The notes under the pieces were generated by a model. That model worked only from the letters and a program-made list of their open reading frames with translations, was not told the origin of the DNA and ran no database searches. Made by a program: the position numbers and the translations under genes. This document shows, in pieces, positions 1 through 13,900 of a stretch of 64,000 nt of DNA (position 1 is its first letter; each line of letters starts with the position of its first letter). The DNA comes from Haliotis rufescens (Eukaryota). The DNA lies in contig NW_025963890.1 in the NCBI RefSeq assembly GCF_023055435.1, positions 65,844,001-65,908,000 of the forward strand, read 5' to 3'.

Positions 1-299
1 AATTATACGCTTATAAGTAAAAGGTATCAGTGACAAAATATCCGTGTTGCTTGTATTGTAATTCAGTGATATTGTTTATTCAGCTTAACCATAGAATGAG
101 TGAACTAACAGAGGGGAGGTCATTTATTGTGACTAAGTTATTCAATAATCTTTCCAATTTAAACTTTCTTTACTATTGATAGACGCATTGTATTTTAATT
201 ATTATTAACATGAATGGGCTAGATGATATTTTAGTAAGTGTACATGTATTGCTCTTTATGTTCAAGATGAATCAATACATCAGATGTTTTATGTGTAAC

Positions 300-1107
300 A
301 TGTGCAAAAGTGAGCGTGGCTCACTAATACCCCCGACCCACCTAGTGTGTCAGTAGTTACAAATTAAATAGCTAGGATAGGGTTAGCAACTTAGGGTTTG
401 AAAAATTCATAAAAAATGGAAAATTAATAAAAACATTTTTTTCCTTTTGACTGCTCCCCTCCATATGACACAGATTATATGTACTAAGTTTGAGATGAAT
501 CCTCTGAATAGTTTAAGAGAAATCGCGCGGACAAAGTTTTCGGACGGACGGTCGGAATCTTGGTATAATTAAAAACGGTCTCGACTCGGGAACATTGCTG
601 TCCTTTGAACCGTAAATCAGGTCAATATCAAAACAACGCTTCAATATTTCTGCTACCTTGAGATGGCGGACCAAATCCAGCACTTGCTGTTTGCTCAAAT
701 TACATGACAACAGTGGGGGCAACCGAGAGGGCTTGTCACCGCATGAAGGGAGGACATATTTTAAAGGTGTGAATTACATTCGAGGAATTGATTTCGTGGG
801 CGAATTCTTTGAATTGCCGTGCGGGATAAACGTGTTGACGCCCAGATACGATCAAAATGTAGTTTGTCACAACAAAGAATCACCTCTCAAACGAGTCTAT
901 ACTCGTTTTTACTGGCGTGTCTTGTCCAGACTCTATTGTTTACAGGTAGCGTTTTTCGGGAGTATTGCTGGCTGTACAGTTTGACAACGAAAATACACTC
1001 ACTTTTTTTATGTAAAGTGTGTTAGTGGCGGTTGCTACCGTTAGGGCAGGACATACAGACATATATTTTATTTTGGCAGGCTTAACCTTTTCTCGAACGT
1101 CTAGTGT
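300..1107. mobile_element. possible Helentron-associated non-autonomous (HINE/DINE-like) element
   Basis: Segment aagtttgagatgaatcc...gagaaatcgcgcggac followed by (cgga)n, and a CTAGT-type end at about 1101-1106. Resemblance only; boundaries are approximate. Confidence 0.3.
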
Positions 1108-3612
1108 AATCACTGGTTTTCAGAGCTCCATTCATGTGGCCATAATGATATAATAATATCATTTTTATCACTGTTTTTCAGTGCTCCATCCATGTGGTCA
1201 TAATGATATAATAATATCATTTTTATCACTGGTTTTCAGTGCTCCATCCATGTGGTCATAATGATATGATAATATCATTTTTATCACTGTTTTTCAGTGC
1301 TCCATCCATGTAGTTATAGTGATATAATAATAACATTTTTTTCACTGGTTTTCAGTGCTCCATCCATGTAGTTGTAATGATATAATAATATCATTTTTAA
1401 CACTGGTTTTCAGAGCTCCATTCATATAGTTATAATCTTATAATAATGTCATTTTTATCACTGGTTTTCAGTGCTCCATGCATGTAGTTATAATCTTATA
1501 ATAATATCATTTTTATCACTGGTTTTCAGTGCTCCATCCATGTAGTTATAGTGATATAATAATATCATTTTTATCACTGGTTTTCAGTGCTCCATCCATG
1601 TAGTTAAAATGATATAATACTATCATTTTTATCACTGGTTTTCAGTGCTCCATCCATGTAGCTATAATGATATAATAATATCATTTTTATCACTGGTTTT
1701 CAGAGCTCCATTCATATAGTTATAATGACATAATATCATTTTTATCACTGGTTTTCAGAGCTCCATTCATATAGTTATAATGACATAATATCATTTTTAT
1801 CATTGGTTTTCTGTGCTCCACCCATGTAGTTATAATGATATAATAATATCATTTTCATCACTGGTTTGCCAATTACTTCCAACGGAATCTGTTTTGGTAG
1901 ATTGGGTAGACTGGTTTGACGTTGTGAATTTGCACACGCCCATACTTTCCTTAAGGTGAATGATAAGATACACATTTATCTCCATACATCTTTAACAAGG
2001 CTGCACAAGTGGTATCTCTCACTTTATTCAGTACTTTAAGGACACGGGCCTTTTTGTAAAAACGAAATACAATTTAGTACAACACATCTCTTTATTTTTT
2101 TAACAAAAGCAGTTTTAACAATTGCTTATTATCAAAGTTGGATTATTTGTGAAGGGAGGACATATTTTAAAGGTGTGAATTACATTCGAGGAATTGATTT
2201 CGTGGGCGAATTCTTTGAATTGCCGTGCGGGATAAACGTGTTGACGCCCAGATACGATCAAAATGTAGTTTGTCACAACAAAGAATCACCTCTCAAACGA
2301 GTCTATACTCGTTTTTACTGGCGTGTCTTGTCCAGACTCTATTGTTTACAGGTAGCGTTTTTCGGGAGTATTGCTGGCTGTACAGTTTGACAACGAAAAT
2401 ACACTCACTTTTTTTATGTAAAGTGTGTTAGTGGCGGTTGCTACCGTTAGGGCAGGACATACAGACATATATTTTATTTTGGCAGGCTTAACCTTTTCTC
2501 GAACGTCTAGTGTAATCACTGGTTTTCAGAGCTCCATTCATGTGGCCATAATGATATAATAATATCATTTTTATCACTGTTTTTCAGTGCTCCATCCATG
2601 TGGTCATAATGATATAATAATATCATTTTTATCACTGGTTTTCAGTGCTCCATCCATGTGGTCATAATGATATAATAATATCATTTTTATCACTGTTTTT
2701 CAGTGCTCCATCCATGTAGTTATAGTGATATAATAATAACATTTTTTTCACTGGTTTTCAGTGCTCCATCCATGTAGTTATAATGATATAATAATATCAT
2801 TTTTAACACTGCTTTTCAGAGCTCCATTCATATAGTTATAATCTTATAATAATGTCATTTTTGTCACTGGTTTTCAGTGCTCCATGCATGTAGTTATAAT
2901 CTTATAATAATATCATTTTTATCACTGGTTTTCAGTGCTCCATCCATGTAGTTATAGTGATATAATAATATCATTTTTATCACTGGTTTTCAGTGCTCCA
3001 TCCATGTAGTTAAAATGATATAATAATATCATTTTTATCACTGGTTTTCAGTGCTCCATCCATGTAGCTATAATGATATAATAATATCATTTTTATCACT
3101 GGTTTTCAGAGCTCCATTCATATAGTTATAATGACATAATATCATTTTTATCACTGGTTTTCAGAGCTCCATTCATATAGTTATAATGACATAATATCAT
3201 TTTTATCACTGGTTTTCAGAGCTCCATTCATATAGTTATAATGACATAATATCATTTTTATCATTGGTTTTCTGTGCTCCACCCATGTAGTTATAATGAT
3301 ATAATAATATCATTTTCATCACTGGTTTGCCAATTACTTCCAACGGAATATGTTTTGGTAGATTGGGTAGACTGGTTTGACGTTGTGAATTTGCACACGC
3401 CCATACTTTCCTTAAGGTGAATGATAAGATACACATTTATCTCCATACATCTTTAACAAGGCTGCACAAGTGGTATCTCTCACTTTATTCAGTACTTTAA
3501 GGACACGGGCCTTTTTGTAAAAACGAAATAAAATTTAGTACAACACATTTCTTTATTTTTTTAACAAAAGCAGTTTTAACAATTGCTTATTATCAAAGTT
3601 GGATTATTTGTG
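744..3612. repeat. about 1.4-kb near-identical tandem duplication (744-2151 and 2150-3612)
   Basis: Both copies start tgaagggaggacatattttaaagg and end ggattatttgtg, with TG microhomology at the junction. Copy 2 has one extra 55-bp minisatellite unit. Confidence 0.95.
1110..1867. repeat. 58-bp minisatellite, about 13 copies (second array 2516-3328, about 14 copies)
   Basis: Unit tcactggttttcagtgctccatccatgtagttataatgatataataatatcattttta, with a 55-bp deletion variant. Confidence 0.95.
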
Positions 3613-4704
3613 TTCTTAAAGCTTTGGCCTAAGACAAGTACTTTGCTGTATTCATATTGATAATAGAGTCTTGCATCAGTAGTGTATTAAACTTCAGAAT
3701 ATATGGAAAGATGTACCATTTAGATTGTTTAACTTTGCCTAAAATGGCTATAAGGTGGACAAATTAACAAAAAGTGACATTCATTTTCGATATGGTTTAG
3801 AAACAAACTTCACATTTTCTAATTTTCAAATATTAAAATGTCACCCACCTTCAATTTCACGAGTGTTATATGGCAGTGTCATGTATTGTGAAGCAATGTT
3901 GTAATTATATAATATTATTTCTGTTAAGATTCAGTAGAAGCTCATAACATTGTTTTAACAATAATTAGTAGCCAGTAATGTATTACAATCTAATGTCAGC
4001 AGTGGTGTTGAAATTACCATATTTTGATGCTGTTGGGGTCAAGGGTAATCTAGAATCTTCTAGAACAGCATGCTACTCGTATGGAACTTTCTAGAAGGTC
4101 GTTGAACTATATAAGTGGGCAAGTGCATGCATCACTCTCATCTCACATTACATCAAGACCAGCGGTTGTGTGAAGATCATCTTTAACCCTGGATATCCAA
4201 CCTAGTTCTATTTTGGAAGCTTGACCACTGTTGCTGCTAGGTGGATATTATTATCTCTGACTTTAATGCTATTACCAATGCCACTGTATTTTATATTGCC
4301 ATTGAAATTGGATTGTTTGAATTTTGCACCAAACAGGGTTACAACAAGTACCATATTTTAACATCATTTGGTATGACAAATCCGGGGATCGAACGCCAGA
4401 CCTTCCACTCTCCGTGCGGACGCTCTACCACCAGACTACAGAGGCGGTTTATTATTGAACTTACATAATGTTTATCTCCTAACTCAAACATTTCTAAATC
4501 TGTCTAAATCATGGGCAACTTTGGTCAACCGAAGTTCAAAACCTACCCCAGTGTCCCTGATTACACAAATAGGTAAAATGTGTGAAGACCATGTTCAGTG
4601 TCCCCCCACCCCATGATAGGCCTGCTATGTAGGCCCAAAGCACTCTAACTCATGCTCACTCACACAAAATACCGCTGAAAACATACAAAATCATATTGAA
4701 ATTG

Positions 4705-4710
4705 TTTATT
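4705..4710 (-). promoter_or_regulatory. candidate polyadenylation signal (would give a 3' UTR of about 3.2 kb)
   Basis: AATAAA on the minus strand followed by U/GU-rich sequence. Other AATAAA sites exist (e.g. near 6748), so this is uncertain. Confidence 0.3.
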
Positions 4711-7700
4711 TTTGTCCAATCACTGCAGGCAGCTGTAAGATATACATACATCGGACATCAATGACATGGAGTTTCATTAATACAAACCGGTGATCTCAAC
4801 AGTCAATTGAGACATAGAAGTACTTCGATGTCTGTCCCATACCAAGGAATACCATTCTCAAATCACAACACAGTTGAACACTTTACGCAATCACAAACAC
4901 AAAGTATGTATGTAATAAATACATATACCAGGAATATGTACATCATTATAATGAAGCACATGGTGGTGATCCATCCTCACATATCAGGGTATTATTATTC
5001 AAGTTTTCCTTACCAGCCCCCAGGAGTCACACATGTGCAACAATTGTACCCTTGGATTCACATGTTAAAGACCAGTTATTCAAAAACTAATTACTTTAAA
5101 ATATAACGGATTGTGATACACCAAATGAGACAAACAAGCCTCTCTCTACCTGTCAGCAATAGTCTCTACACTGTCCAATCAACATATCATTCAAAGCTTC
5201 AAATGAAATACTACAAGGAAGAATTGGAGTTAATTTCTGAATTGAATCTGGTATTTCATTGTCATAGTTTAGAAGTCAATAACAAACAAATATTTTTGGA
5301 CAAAAGCCAGAGTGATCTTGAGTGATAATGAACATGATGTTTAACAGTTCAATAGTTTTCCTTAAACACTTTACCACTGCTGTGAACTTAAAAACTCTGT
5401 CTAATAGAAATGTCCTCCGTTAACATCGCAAGTCAATCAAATTCCACTGATATGACTAATGATGACAAATCAAAGTCGACACAAAATTTCATGTTACACT
5501 TCCAACGAAACTACAAACTGAACATCGGTGGTAAGATCCCAAGTATCTAATGACAAATCAAAGTCGACACAAAATTTCATGTTACACTTCCAACGAAACT
5601 ACAAACTGAACATCGGTGGATCCCTAGTATCCCAAGTGAGGATTCCATAGAACAAGTCCTCAGTACCCATTGCTCGTAGTAAGAGTGAGTGAGTTGGGTT
5701 TGAACAGTTTTCCAGGGCATGTTAGGGTAGAGTAGGAGGAACGGCTGAAGTGATGCAGGTCTGAGACGTTTACCACTTTGGTGAAACCCACAAGCACGGG
5801 TATGGTGTTGACAACCCTAGAATTATAATTGGGGCAAACTAGGAATCGAACCCTCAATCATAGGTTTCTGGCGTGGTTTGTGGTAAGAAATAAGGATTGG
5901 TTGGCAACAATGTGTGACCTGGGCAGTTTCCATCCTACCCCAACAGTGTGGATCTTTTAACATGATTATTTACATGTCAACCATCACATGGCAGCGACAT
6001 TGCTGACAGAGGCAGGCATTAGACAACATCGTAACATTCACTCACAGTCGTGAGAACATTTGCTGGATACATCCATGTGTGACTTTTACAGAATAAATGC
6101 AGTCACCTCCTCATTCTCTTTGTGTCAGCATACAGCATATTCATAAAAAAACAAACAAATTTCAGTGAAACACAAAACTTTGTCATGTCATGTTATCAGA
6201 ACACATTTTATCACCTCCATTCCGTTAACAAGAACACAGCCAAAGGCTCTGGTCCATTGCAGGTTGTACATCTGGGTCACAATTACCTCCTCCATAATTG
6301 TCCTCTTACCAATGCACCAATACAGCAGTGCTGCTTGAGCTGTACGTACTAAAGTATTACACAGGCCAAGAAGCTTGTGGGCCTTGAGAGGTAAAGGATT
6401 TGTTTGTTTGTTTGTTTGTAGTTTAACGCCGCAGTCAGCACTATTCCAGCTATAAGACAGAGGTCTTTAAACAATCGAGTCTGGACCAGACAATCCAGTG
6501 ATTGACTTCATAAGCATCGATCCACACAATTCAATTGGGAAACGATGACATGCATCAACAAAGTCAGCGAGCCTGACCAGTCTATCCCATTAGTCGCCTC
6601 TTACACCAAGCATATAGGTTAAGGAAAAACTGTTTTGAAGTATTTGGCTGTGCTCAAAGACAGAGGACATGGGACAGTACTGTGTCAGGATAAAAGGAAT
6701 ATTTTGTTCTGGCAACTACGTTCATGTCCCAGTCCTCTCAATCATCATTTATTACAAGAAAAGCTCAGGTTCCACATTGCATTCCACACACATTTATATC
6801 CATTGCTATCACCTCCAGACAGGTGACACAGAGACCTTAGCTGACTGTCCTGTATGCATTGCTTTAATTGCCTTATCACTGATAAAAACTAACAAAAATC
6901 CACTAGTCCTTATATAAATGAAAACAAATAGTAAAAGCCTTATAAGGGAAAATTTCTACTGGTCCTTATAATAACTATTGGGCAGTTTGGCAAGGACTAT
7001 AGGACTAGTGCCAATTTCTAACGTTGCTTATACATACAAGAGGCACATTGCTCCCCCAGTTCGCCTTGGAGGTGATCCACTTGATAAAGGATAGCTCCCT
7101 TGCTGTCATCCAGGTGGCACTGTGATCTAAGCTGACTGTTCAACCTCTAATACATACAAGAGGCACATTGCTCCCCCAGTTAGCTTTAAAGGTGATCCAC
7201 TTGATAAAGGAGGTATAGTACATAGGAACATGATGATGTATATATATATTTGTGCCAGCAAATATAATGAAGATAAAGAAGGATACATTGTTATGCAAAT
7301 TGGATGGTATCATCATCCTAATATTCCTCAGGAATATATCATGCCTCTGAGGTATTTAAGTCATAGCGTCTACCTGACAATTCCAACATTCCAACAAGTA
7401 AGATACCCATGTATCCACAATAACATTTTGATGTCCTTTTTGCACACTGTAAATATCTTGCATGGTAATGAACCATACCAATATATATCCACTTGAGACC
7501 TTCCTATGTCCCATGTTTTGGAGTCCAAGGTGAACTCCATTCACTGAGCAAATCAAAAGTCTTCTCACAATGATTCACAGTAAACTGTATTGTTCCGACA
7601 TGCTCCGACTGAACCAGCTCCATGTCCCCTGTGCACTCAGTCCAGACTTCAGTGTTACAATGGAGTCAGGCACATACATGTCTTCACAGCAGCTGTGTCC

Positions 7701-7864
7701 ATACCACCTGACATCATGGGGGCCAGTTCCAGGAAGATAGCCATGTCCTTTAATGCATCCCAAAGGCATTATCTTCATTTGTCATTTCCACTTGAAAAGC
7801 TTCTCTTTTGCCCTTAGTCAGCACTTTTTTCTTTTGACTTAGTTTCTTAAGGCAACACTTTCTC

Positions 7865-7922
7865 TCACTTGCTTTCTTCCTTGGCTTCCTCAGCCATTTC
7901 CTGCCATTTGGATAAGTTTGCT
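7865..7922 (-). CDS. PDE10A: PDE10A-like last coding exon E21 ([18 protein letters not shown])
   Basis: ttccCAG acceptor, phase 2; NL..W matches DNLSQWEK; TGA at 7865-7867. Confidence 0.88.
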
Positions 7923-10900
7923 CTGGGAAGGGAATGTTAAATGTTAGATCTATCATGTAATATTTATAACAAATATTTCGTTCATTCAAAGCAAGATGCA
8001 CCAAATAAGGTTAAGATATATGGATGAAGAACTTATTATTACAATCAGGAGCTACGTCTCAGTGTAGGTTCTAACACTGTTATCAAGCAAATAAGGATAA
8101 GATATATGGATGAAATAGGGGCGGTCGGGTAGCCTGGTGGTTAAAGGGCTCGCTCGTCACGCCGAAGACCCGGGTTCGATTCCCGACATGGGTACAATGT
8201 GTGAAGCCCATTTGTGGTGTCCCCCGCCTTGATATTGCTGGAATATTGCTAAAAGCGGTGTAAAACCATATTCACTCACTCACTCACTCAGGACAAATAA
8301 ATAAAAAAATATAATGATTACATTATTAAATAGGGGCGGTCGGGTAGCCTGGTGGTTAAAGGGCTCGCTCGTCATGCCGAAAACCCGGGTTCGATTCCCG
8401 ACATGGGTACAATGTGTGAAGCCCATTTGTGGTGTCCCCCGCCCTGATATTGCTGGAATATTGCTAAAAGCGGTGTAAAACCATATTCACTCACTCACTC
8501 ACTCAGGACAAATAAGTGTCAAATAAAAAAAATAAATATAATGATTACATTATTATTAGCAAACTATTGCTACAGTTTTTTTTAAAAACCCAAGAGTCTC
8601 ACCTTATTCCTTCGACCATTGGTGTAGTCGCAGGAAGAATCTGGGCCAGCAACTCATAACAGGGCAGACATATGCCAACAATGAAGCCCACCTAGAAGTA
8701 AAAGGTCATGTACTCAGATTAGATCTGGATATGATGTAAGAGTATGTTAATTCAAAATGTCAGAGCCAGAGAATAATCAGTCTCAATTTTCTGCAGAAAC
8801 AGATTCCATAGGGCATAAAAGGCAAAATATTGATGAAAATTATAAGAATGGGTCACTGAAAGAAATGATGACACCAGGTGTCTAAAAAAGGGTAAATCAT
8901 GTTCTGTCCTAGTGGTAGCACCAGCCACTCACACAAAAGTCGAACAGAATATATTCTCTCAATATTCAAATCTTGGTGCACTAACTAGCAACAAAGTACC
9001 TCTCATCTGTTTGACTAACACATATCAATAGTCCTCAGGTAGTGTTGCACAACCAAAGAATTTCTTATAAAGCATTATATTTCTGACCCTGGTAGACCAT
9101 CCTCCTTCAACAAGAGTTTAAATACCATGTCACAATAAGGCCAAAATATTGCTGACATGGCCATAAATTTGAACTCAATCTCTTCCTGTCACATTAAGGC
9201 CAAAATATTGCTGACATGGCCATAAATTTGAACTCACTCTCCTCCTGACACACTAATGCTGAAATATTGCTGACATGGCCATAAATTTTAACCCACTCTT
9301 CTCCTGTCAAAATATGGCTGACATATTACTGACATGGCCATAAATTTTAACCCACTCTTCTCCTGCTACACAATATGGCTGAAATATTGCTGTCATGGCT
9401 ACAAATTTGAACTCACCTCCAGCTGTGGTAGTTCATGTTTCTTGTCCCGATCCATCATTGCCATGGGGGTCATGCCCTGTTCCTTCTCCTCATCTCCCTA
9501 CAAGGTCAAGGTCAATGTTACTATATTCAAAGACCAGGACACTCTGCCTCACCTGCATAAGTGTTACTAATAATAATTTCTGATAACATTTTAAGATATT
9601 TCATCACTTGAAAAATATGAGGAGTGAATGTAATAACTATTAGTTTCTGTAATAGAATGTACAACACTTTTCTTTATATTAAGTTATCTGAGACACAAAT
9701 AATTAAATGACATTAACCAATACAGAATCTTACAATAACTGTTACTAGAAAGTTTATACTAGTTATTCAAGTGTAAGCATATGTTTTAGGCATTAAATTG
9801 TTCATTTATACAATGAATATCTACCTACATATCCAGCATTTATCCAGGACAACTTGGAAAATGTTCTGTGACAGTATTAACACATAAATATGGTCCTACT
9901 GTAGGAATGATGACAAAGAGGACACCCAGAAGATGAAAGAGAGATAGAGAGAAATTATTAGAAAACATCAAAGAAAGAAATCCAAGAAAATAGAAGGCAA
10001 TAACTGGTCAGAAGTGACCATATTCAAACAAGATACCATATTAAACAATTCCCCTTGACTAAATGACTAGATTGAAGGATGGTGGATCTCTGCTTGCACT
10101 GAAAATTGGATGTGATGATTCATTGAACTATTGATGCATTGCATTGTCTCATTGATGCATTCTCTATGGGCCGATGACAATTTAACTATGACAAGTTGTA
10201 ATATTAATATTAAAGATACCAATAGATGAACAAAATAATTACTTTAATATCATTCATTCTTCTACAAAATACACATTGTTTTAAGAGCCGTGTAGGTATC
10301 TATTCAGAATTCATTCACAACTTTACATTAAATATTTAGCTACTTCTGTAACAACTTCTAGTACATTCTACATGATTGTATGGAATCTACATTGTGCCAA
10401 CTGTTGCAGTACTATCACAGCAATATTTGTAAGTATATTACAAAATATACAATGTCCCCAAAGGTTAGCCATACTGAAAATAATGGATAAATAATGAATA
10501 TATTTTTGGAATTAGAAAAGTGTTTGAATCACATGCAAATGCCGAAGCCTACCCAACCCCATACCGAATGCTCTCAAACTTTCTCATCAGAAACATGCAT
10601 CATGAACCATGTTGACTCGGCCAACCTCTCACAATGCAGTAGAACTTTGAACAGAAACTCCAACTACTCTAGCAACATTAATAACAAAGTTACGAGCCCT
10701 TCCTGTTTAATAGCATTACTTCCACTTCGTGAAAACACATCTCCCATCGCCATTGCAGTACCATGTTGAAACAGAAACTCCCATGAATCTAGCTACCTTA
10801 ATAACAAGTTACAAGCGCTTGTACAGGTCATTGATGAGGATATGACCTTCAAACTGACCTCAAAATTTGAACACAGCCATGAAATATGACAAGTATTGAG

Positions 10901-13900
10901 TTAATTATTGGGAGTCAATGATAAGTCATTGGAAAATGCTTTGATTTCCCATGAATTAATCTGAAACATCATGAAATTTGAACAATGTTCCATAATTTGA
11001 CATATGTGACCTTGACCGTACAGGGGTGACCCAAGACCAAACTAGAGTTTCATCAAATTCCATAACAAAATTAAGGTTATCACCTACATAATCTTTTGAC
11101 TCCTATTTTGTAGGAACATTTGTAACATATTCTCCAAGGGTATTGTTGTTTCTCATGGGAGTACAGGACTGTCCCCAGTAGGCCAAGTTGTCATGTGAGT
11201 GCACCACCTTGCCCATTAGGGGCCATTAGATCTCCTCAGTAAGTCTGTTTCTCATGGGAGCATACGATGTCCTCAGTAAGTCTGTTTCACAAGGGAGCGT
11301 AAGACCTCCTCAGTAAGTCTGTTTCTCATGGATGAGTAAGACCTCCTCAGTAAGTCTGTTTCTCATGGGAGAGTAAGACCTCATTAGTAAGTCTGTTTCT
11401 GAAGGGAGAGTAAGACCTCCTCAGTAAGTCTGTTTCACAAGGGAGCGTAAGACCTCCTCAGTAAGTCTGTTTCCGAAGGAAGTGTAAGACCTTCTCAGTA
11501 AGTCTGTTTCTGAAGGGAGAGTAGGACCTCCTCAGTAAGTCTGTTTCACAAGGGAGCGTAAGACCTCCTCAGTAAGTCTGTTTCACAAGGGAGCGTAAGA
11601 CCTCCTCAGTAAGTCTGTTTCCGAAGGAAGTGTACGACCTTCTCAGTAAGTCTGTTTCTGAAGGGAGAGTAAGACCTCCTCAGTAAGTCTGTTTCACAAG
11701 GGAGCGTAAGACCTCCTCAGTAAGTCTGTTTCTGAAGGAAGTGTAAGACCTCCTCAGTAAGTGTGTTTCTCATGGATGAGTAAGACCTCCTCAGTAAGTC
11801 TGTTTCTCATGGGAGAGTAAGACCTCATTAGTAAGTCTGTTTTCTCATGGGAGCGTAAGACCTCAGTAAGTCTGTTTGTGAAGGGAGAGTAAGAACTCCT
11901 CAGTAAGTCTGTTTCTCAAGGGAGCGTAAGACCTCCACAGTAAGTCTGTTTCACAAGGGAGTGTAAGACCTCCTCAGTAAGTCTGTTTCTGAAGGGAGCG
12001 TAAGACCTCCTCAGTAAGTCTGTTTCTCAAGGGAGAGTAAGACCTCCTCAGTAAGTCTTTTTCTCATGGAAGAGTAAGACCTCCTCAGTAAGTCTGTTTC
12101 TCATGGGAGAGTAAGACCTTATTAGTAAGTCTGTTTCTCATGGGAGCGTAAGACCTCCTCAGTAAGTCTGTTTCTCAAGGGAGAGTAAGACCTCCTCAGT
12201 AAGTCTGTTTCTGAAGGGAGCGTAAGACCTCCTCAGTAAGTCTGTTTCTCAAGGGAGAGTAAGACCTCCTCAGTAAGTCTGTTTCACAAGGGAGCGTAAG
12301 ACCTCCTCAGTAAGTCTGTTTCTCAAGGGAGCGTAAGAACTCCTCAGTAAGTCTGTTTCTCAAGGGAAAGTAAGACCTCCTCAGTAAGTCTGTTTCACAA
12401 GGGAGCGTAAGACCTCCTCAGTAAGTCTGTTTCTCATGGGAGTTCAGGACCCCCCTAGAAAGTTTGTTTATGATGGGAGTGATGTCTGGAATGGAGAGTG
12501 CGAGTCACATGGGCTGTTAGGATGTTAGTGCTGGTTTAGTAGAACTAATATATCGACTAATTCCAGTATAAGGATTCCTACCTGCTGCCAAAACTCTTCC
12601 ATAATGACATAAACGAGGTTAAGCTGCGTGTCCCAGGGCTTATACATGGCACAAAGGTCACATGCGGTCATGGAAACAGTCATTAGCATATGTCTGCAGA
12701 TTGAGAGAGATGTCCACATAATCACACTAGCCACAAAGTAAGCACTAAAATAACAGACTTGTCTCTACATACCTTACTCTGTACTGATTCAGTGACATAC
12801 AACCTTACTCCAAGGCCTTGTTTCCACCAGTAATACAAATCAAAAGGTTTCCAGATAAATTTGCTGGAAAACATAGGCATAATTATACCTACCTAACAGC
12901 AATTTTATCATTTTATTTTTGAAGCATTTTAATCATTTTCATAAAATGTGAAGAGTATGTAGTGACAAGTCTGAGTGTTAACAATAGCATATCTGAAAAA
13001 AAAGTTGAATTAAGGCTTTGCACCATACTTATTCCAATAGAAAAGAGGCATTATAAAACAATCATCAACAGGTAGGTGTACACTGCATTCACCTATCAAC
13101 AGGATATACATTGTACTAATATATGCATAGCAGTTGTGTAGTGTTAATTTTCAGTAATTCCAGAAATATAGAAAGGGTCCTACTCCATAAATGACTTTGA
13201 GGCACTGTGTAGTGAGCGAGTATGGTTTTACATCGCTTTTAGCAATATTCCAGCAATATCATGGCGTGACGAGTGAACGCTTTAACAAGTAGGCTACCCA
13301 ACCGGCCCGAAGCACTGTGTAGAGGAAATGCCACAATATTGCTGTTTTTCCGATATAAGCTGAGCGTTCATTGGTCTGATCAAATCTGCCAATGAACTCG
13401 CTGCTGTATGTATTCATTGGTGATGTCAGAACATAGTGTACACAAACCCTTGAAATAATGATGATTGCATAAATATCTCATTAAGATCATAATTATGTTA
13501 GCAAAGAAATATTTAAAAATCATTGATTCATTTTTCATATTTTTTACAAAATTATTTTCATTGGAATAAATCTGATGTCCCAGACACAGTACAATCCTCC
13601 ATTGCTTACAACTAAGTCAGACAGTTTTATTTCATCTACAGAAGAACTCACAATAACAGGCAAACACAGGTGATGAAAAATAATTGGCAAAACCTCATGA
13701 ATGTCATTGAAGCAAACCCCAGAAAAAGATTGGGATTCATCCAAAGAACATTAAACACTTCTAAAAGTAATGAAGTAAAATAAACACTAATAGGTGGGTC
13801 AAAATATGTTGGAAAGAAAATTTAGAAAATAAAATTAACATTAAATAAACATAAAAATACACGTGTGGATACACGTACTTAAAGAAAAATGGTGTGCATA

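Noticed and set aside
658-984. 108-aa ORF, partly duplicated at 2175-2390
   Set aside because: No ATG start and no recognisable domain; it lies in probable TE-derived, duplicated DNA.
11231-12443. CRISPR-like appearance of the 37-, 35- and 32-bp arrays
   Set aside because: Head-to-tail repeats with no unique spacers, no cas genes, and a eukaryotic intronic context.
13544-13744. ORF containing HLCLPV, superficially like E20 ICLPC
   Set aside because: No further similarity and no compatible splice sites.
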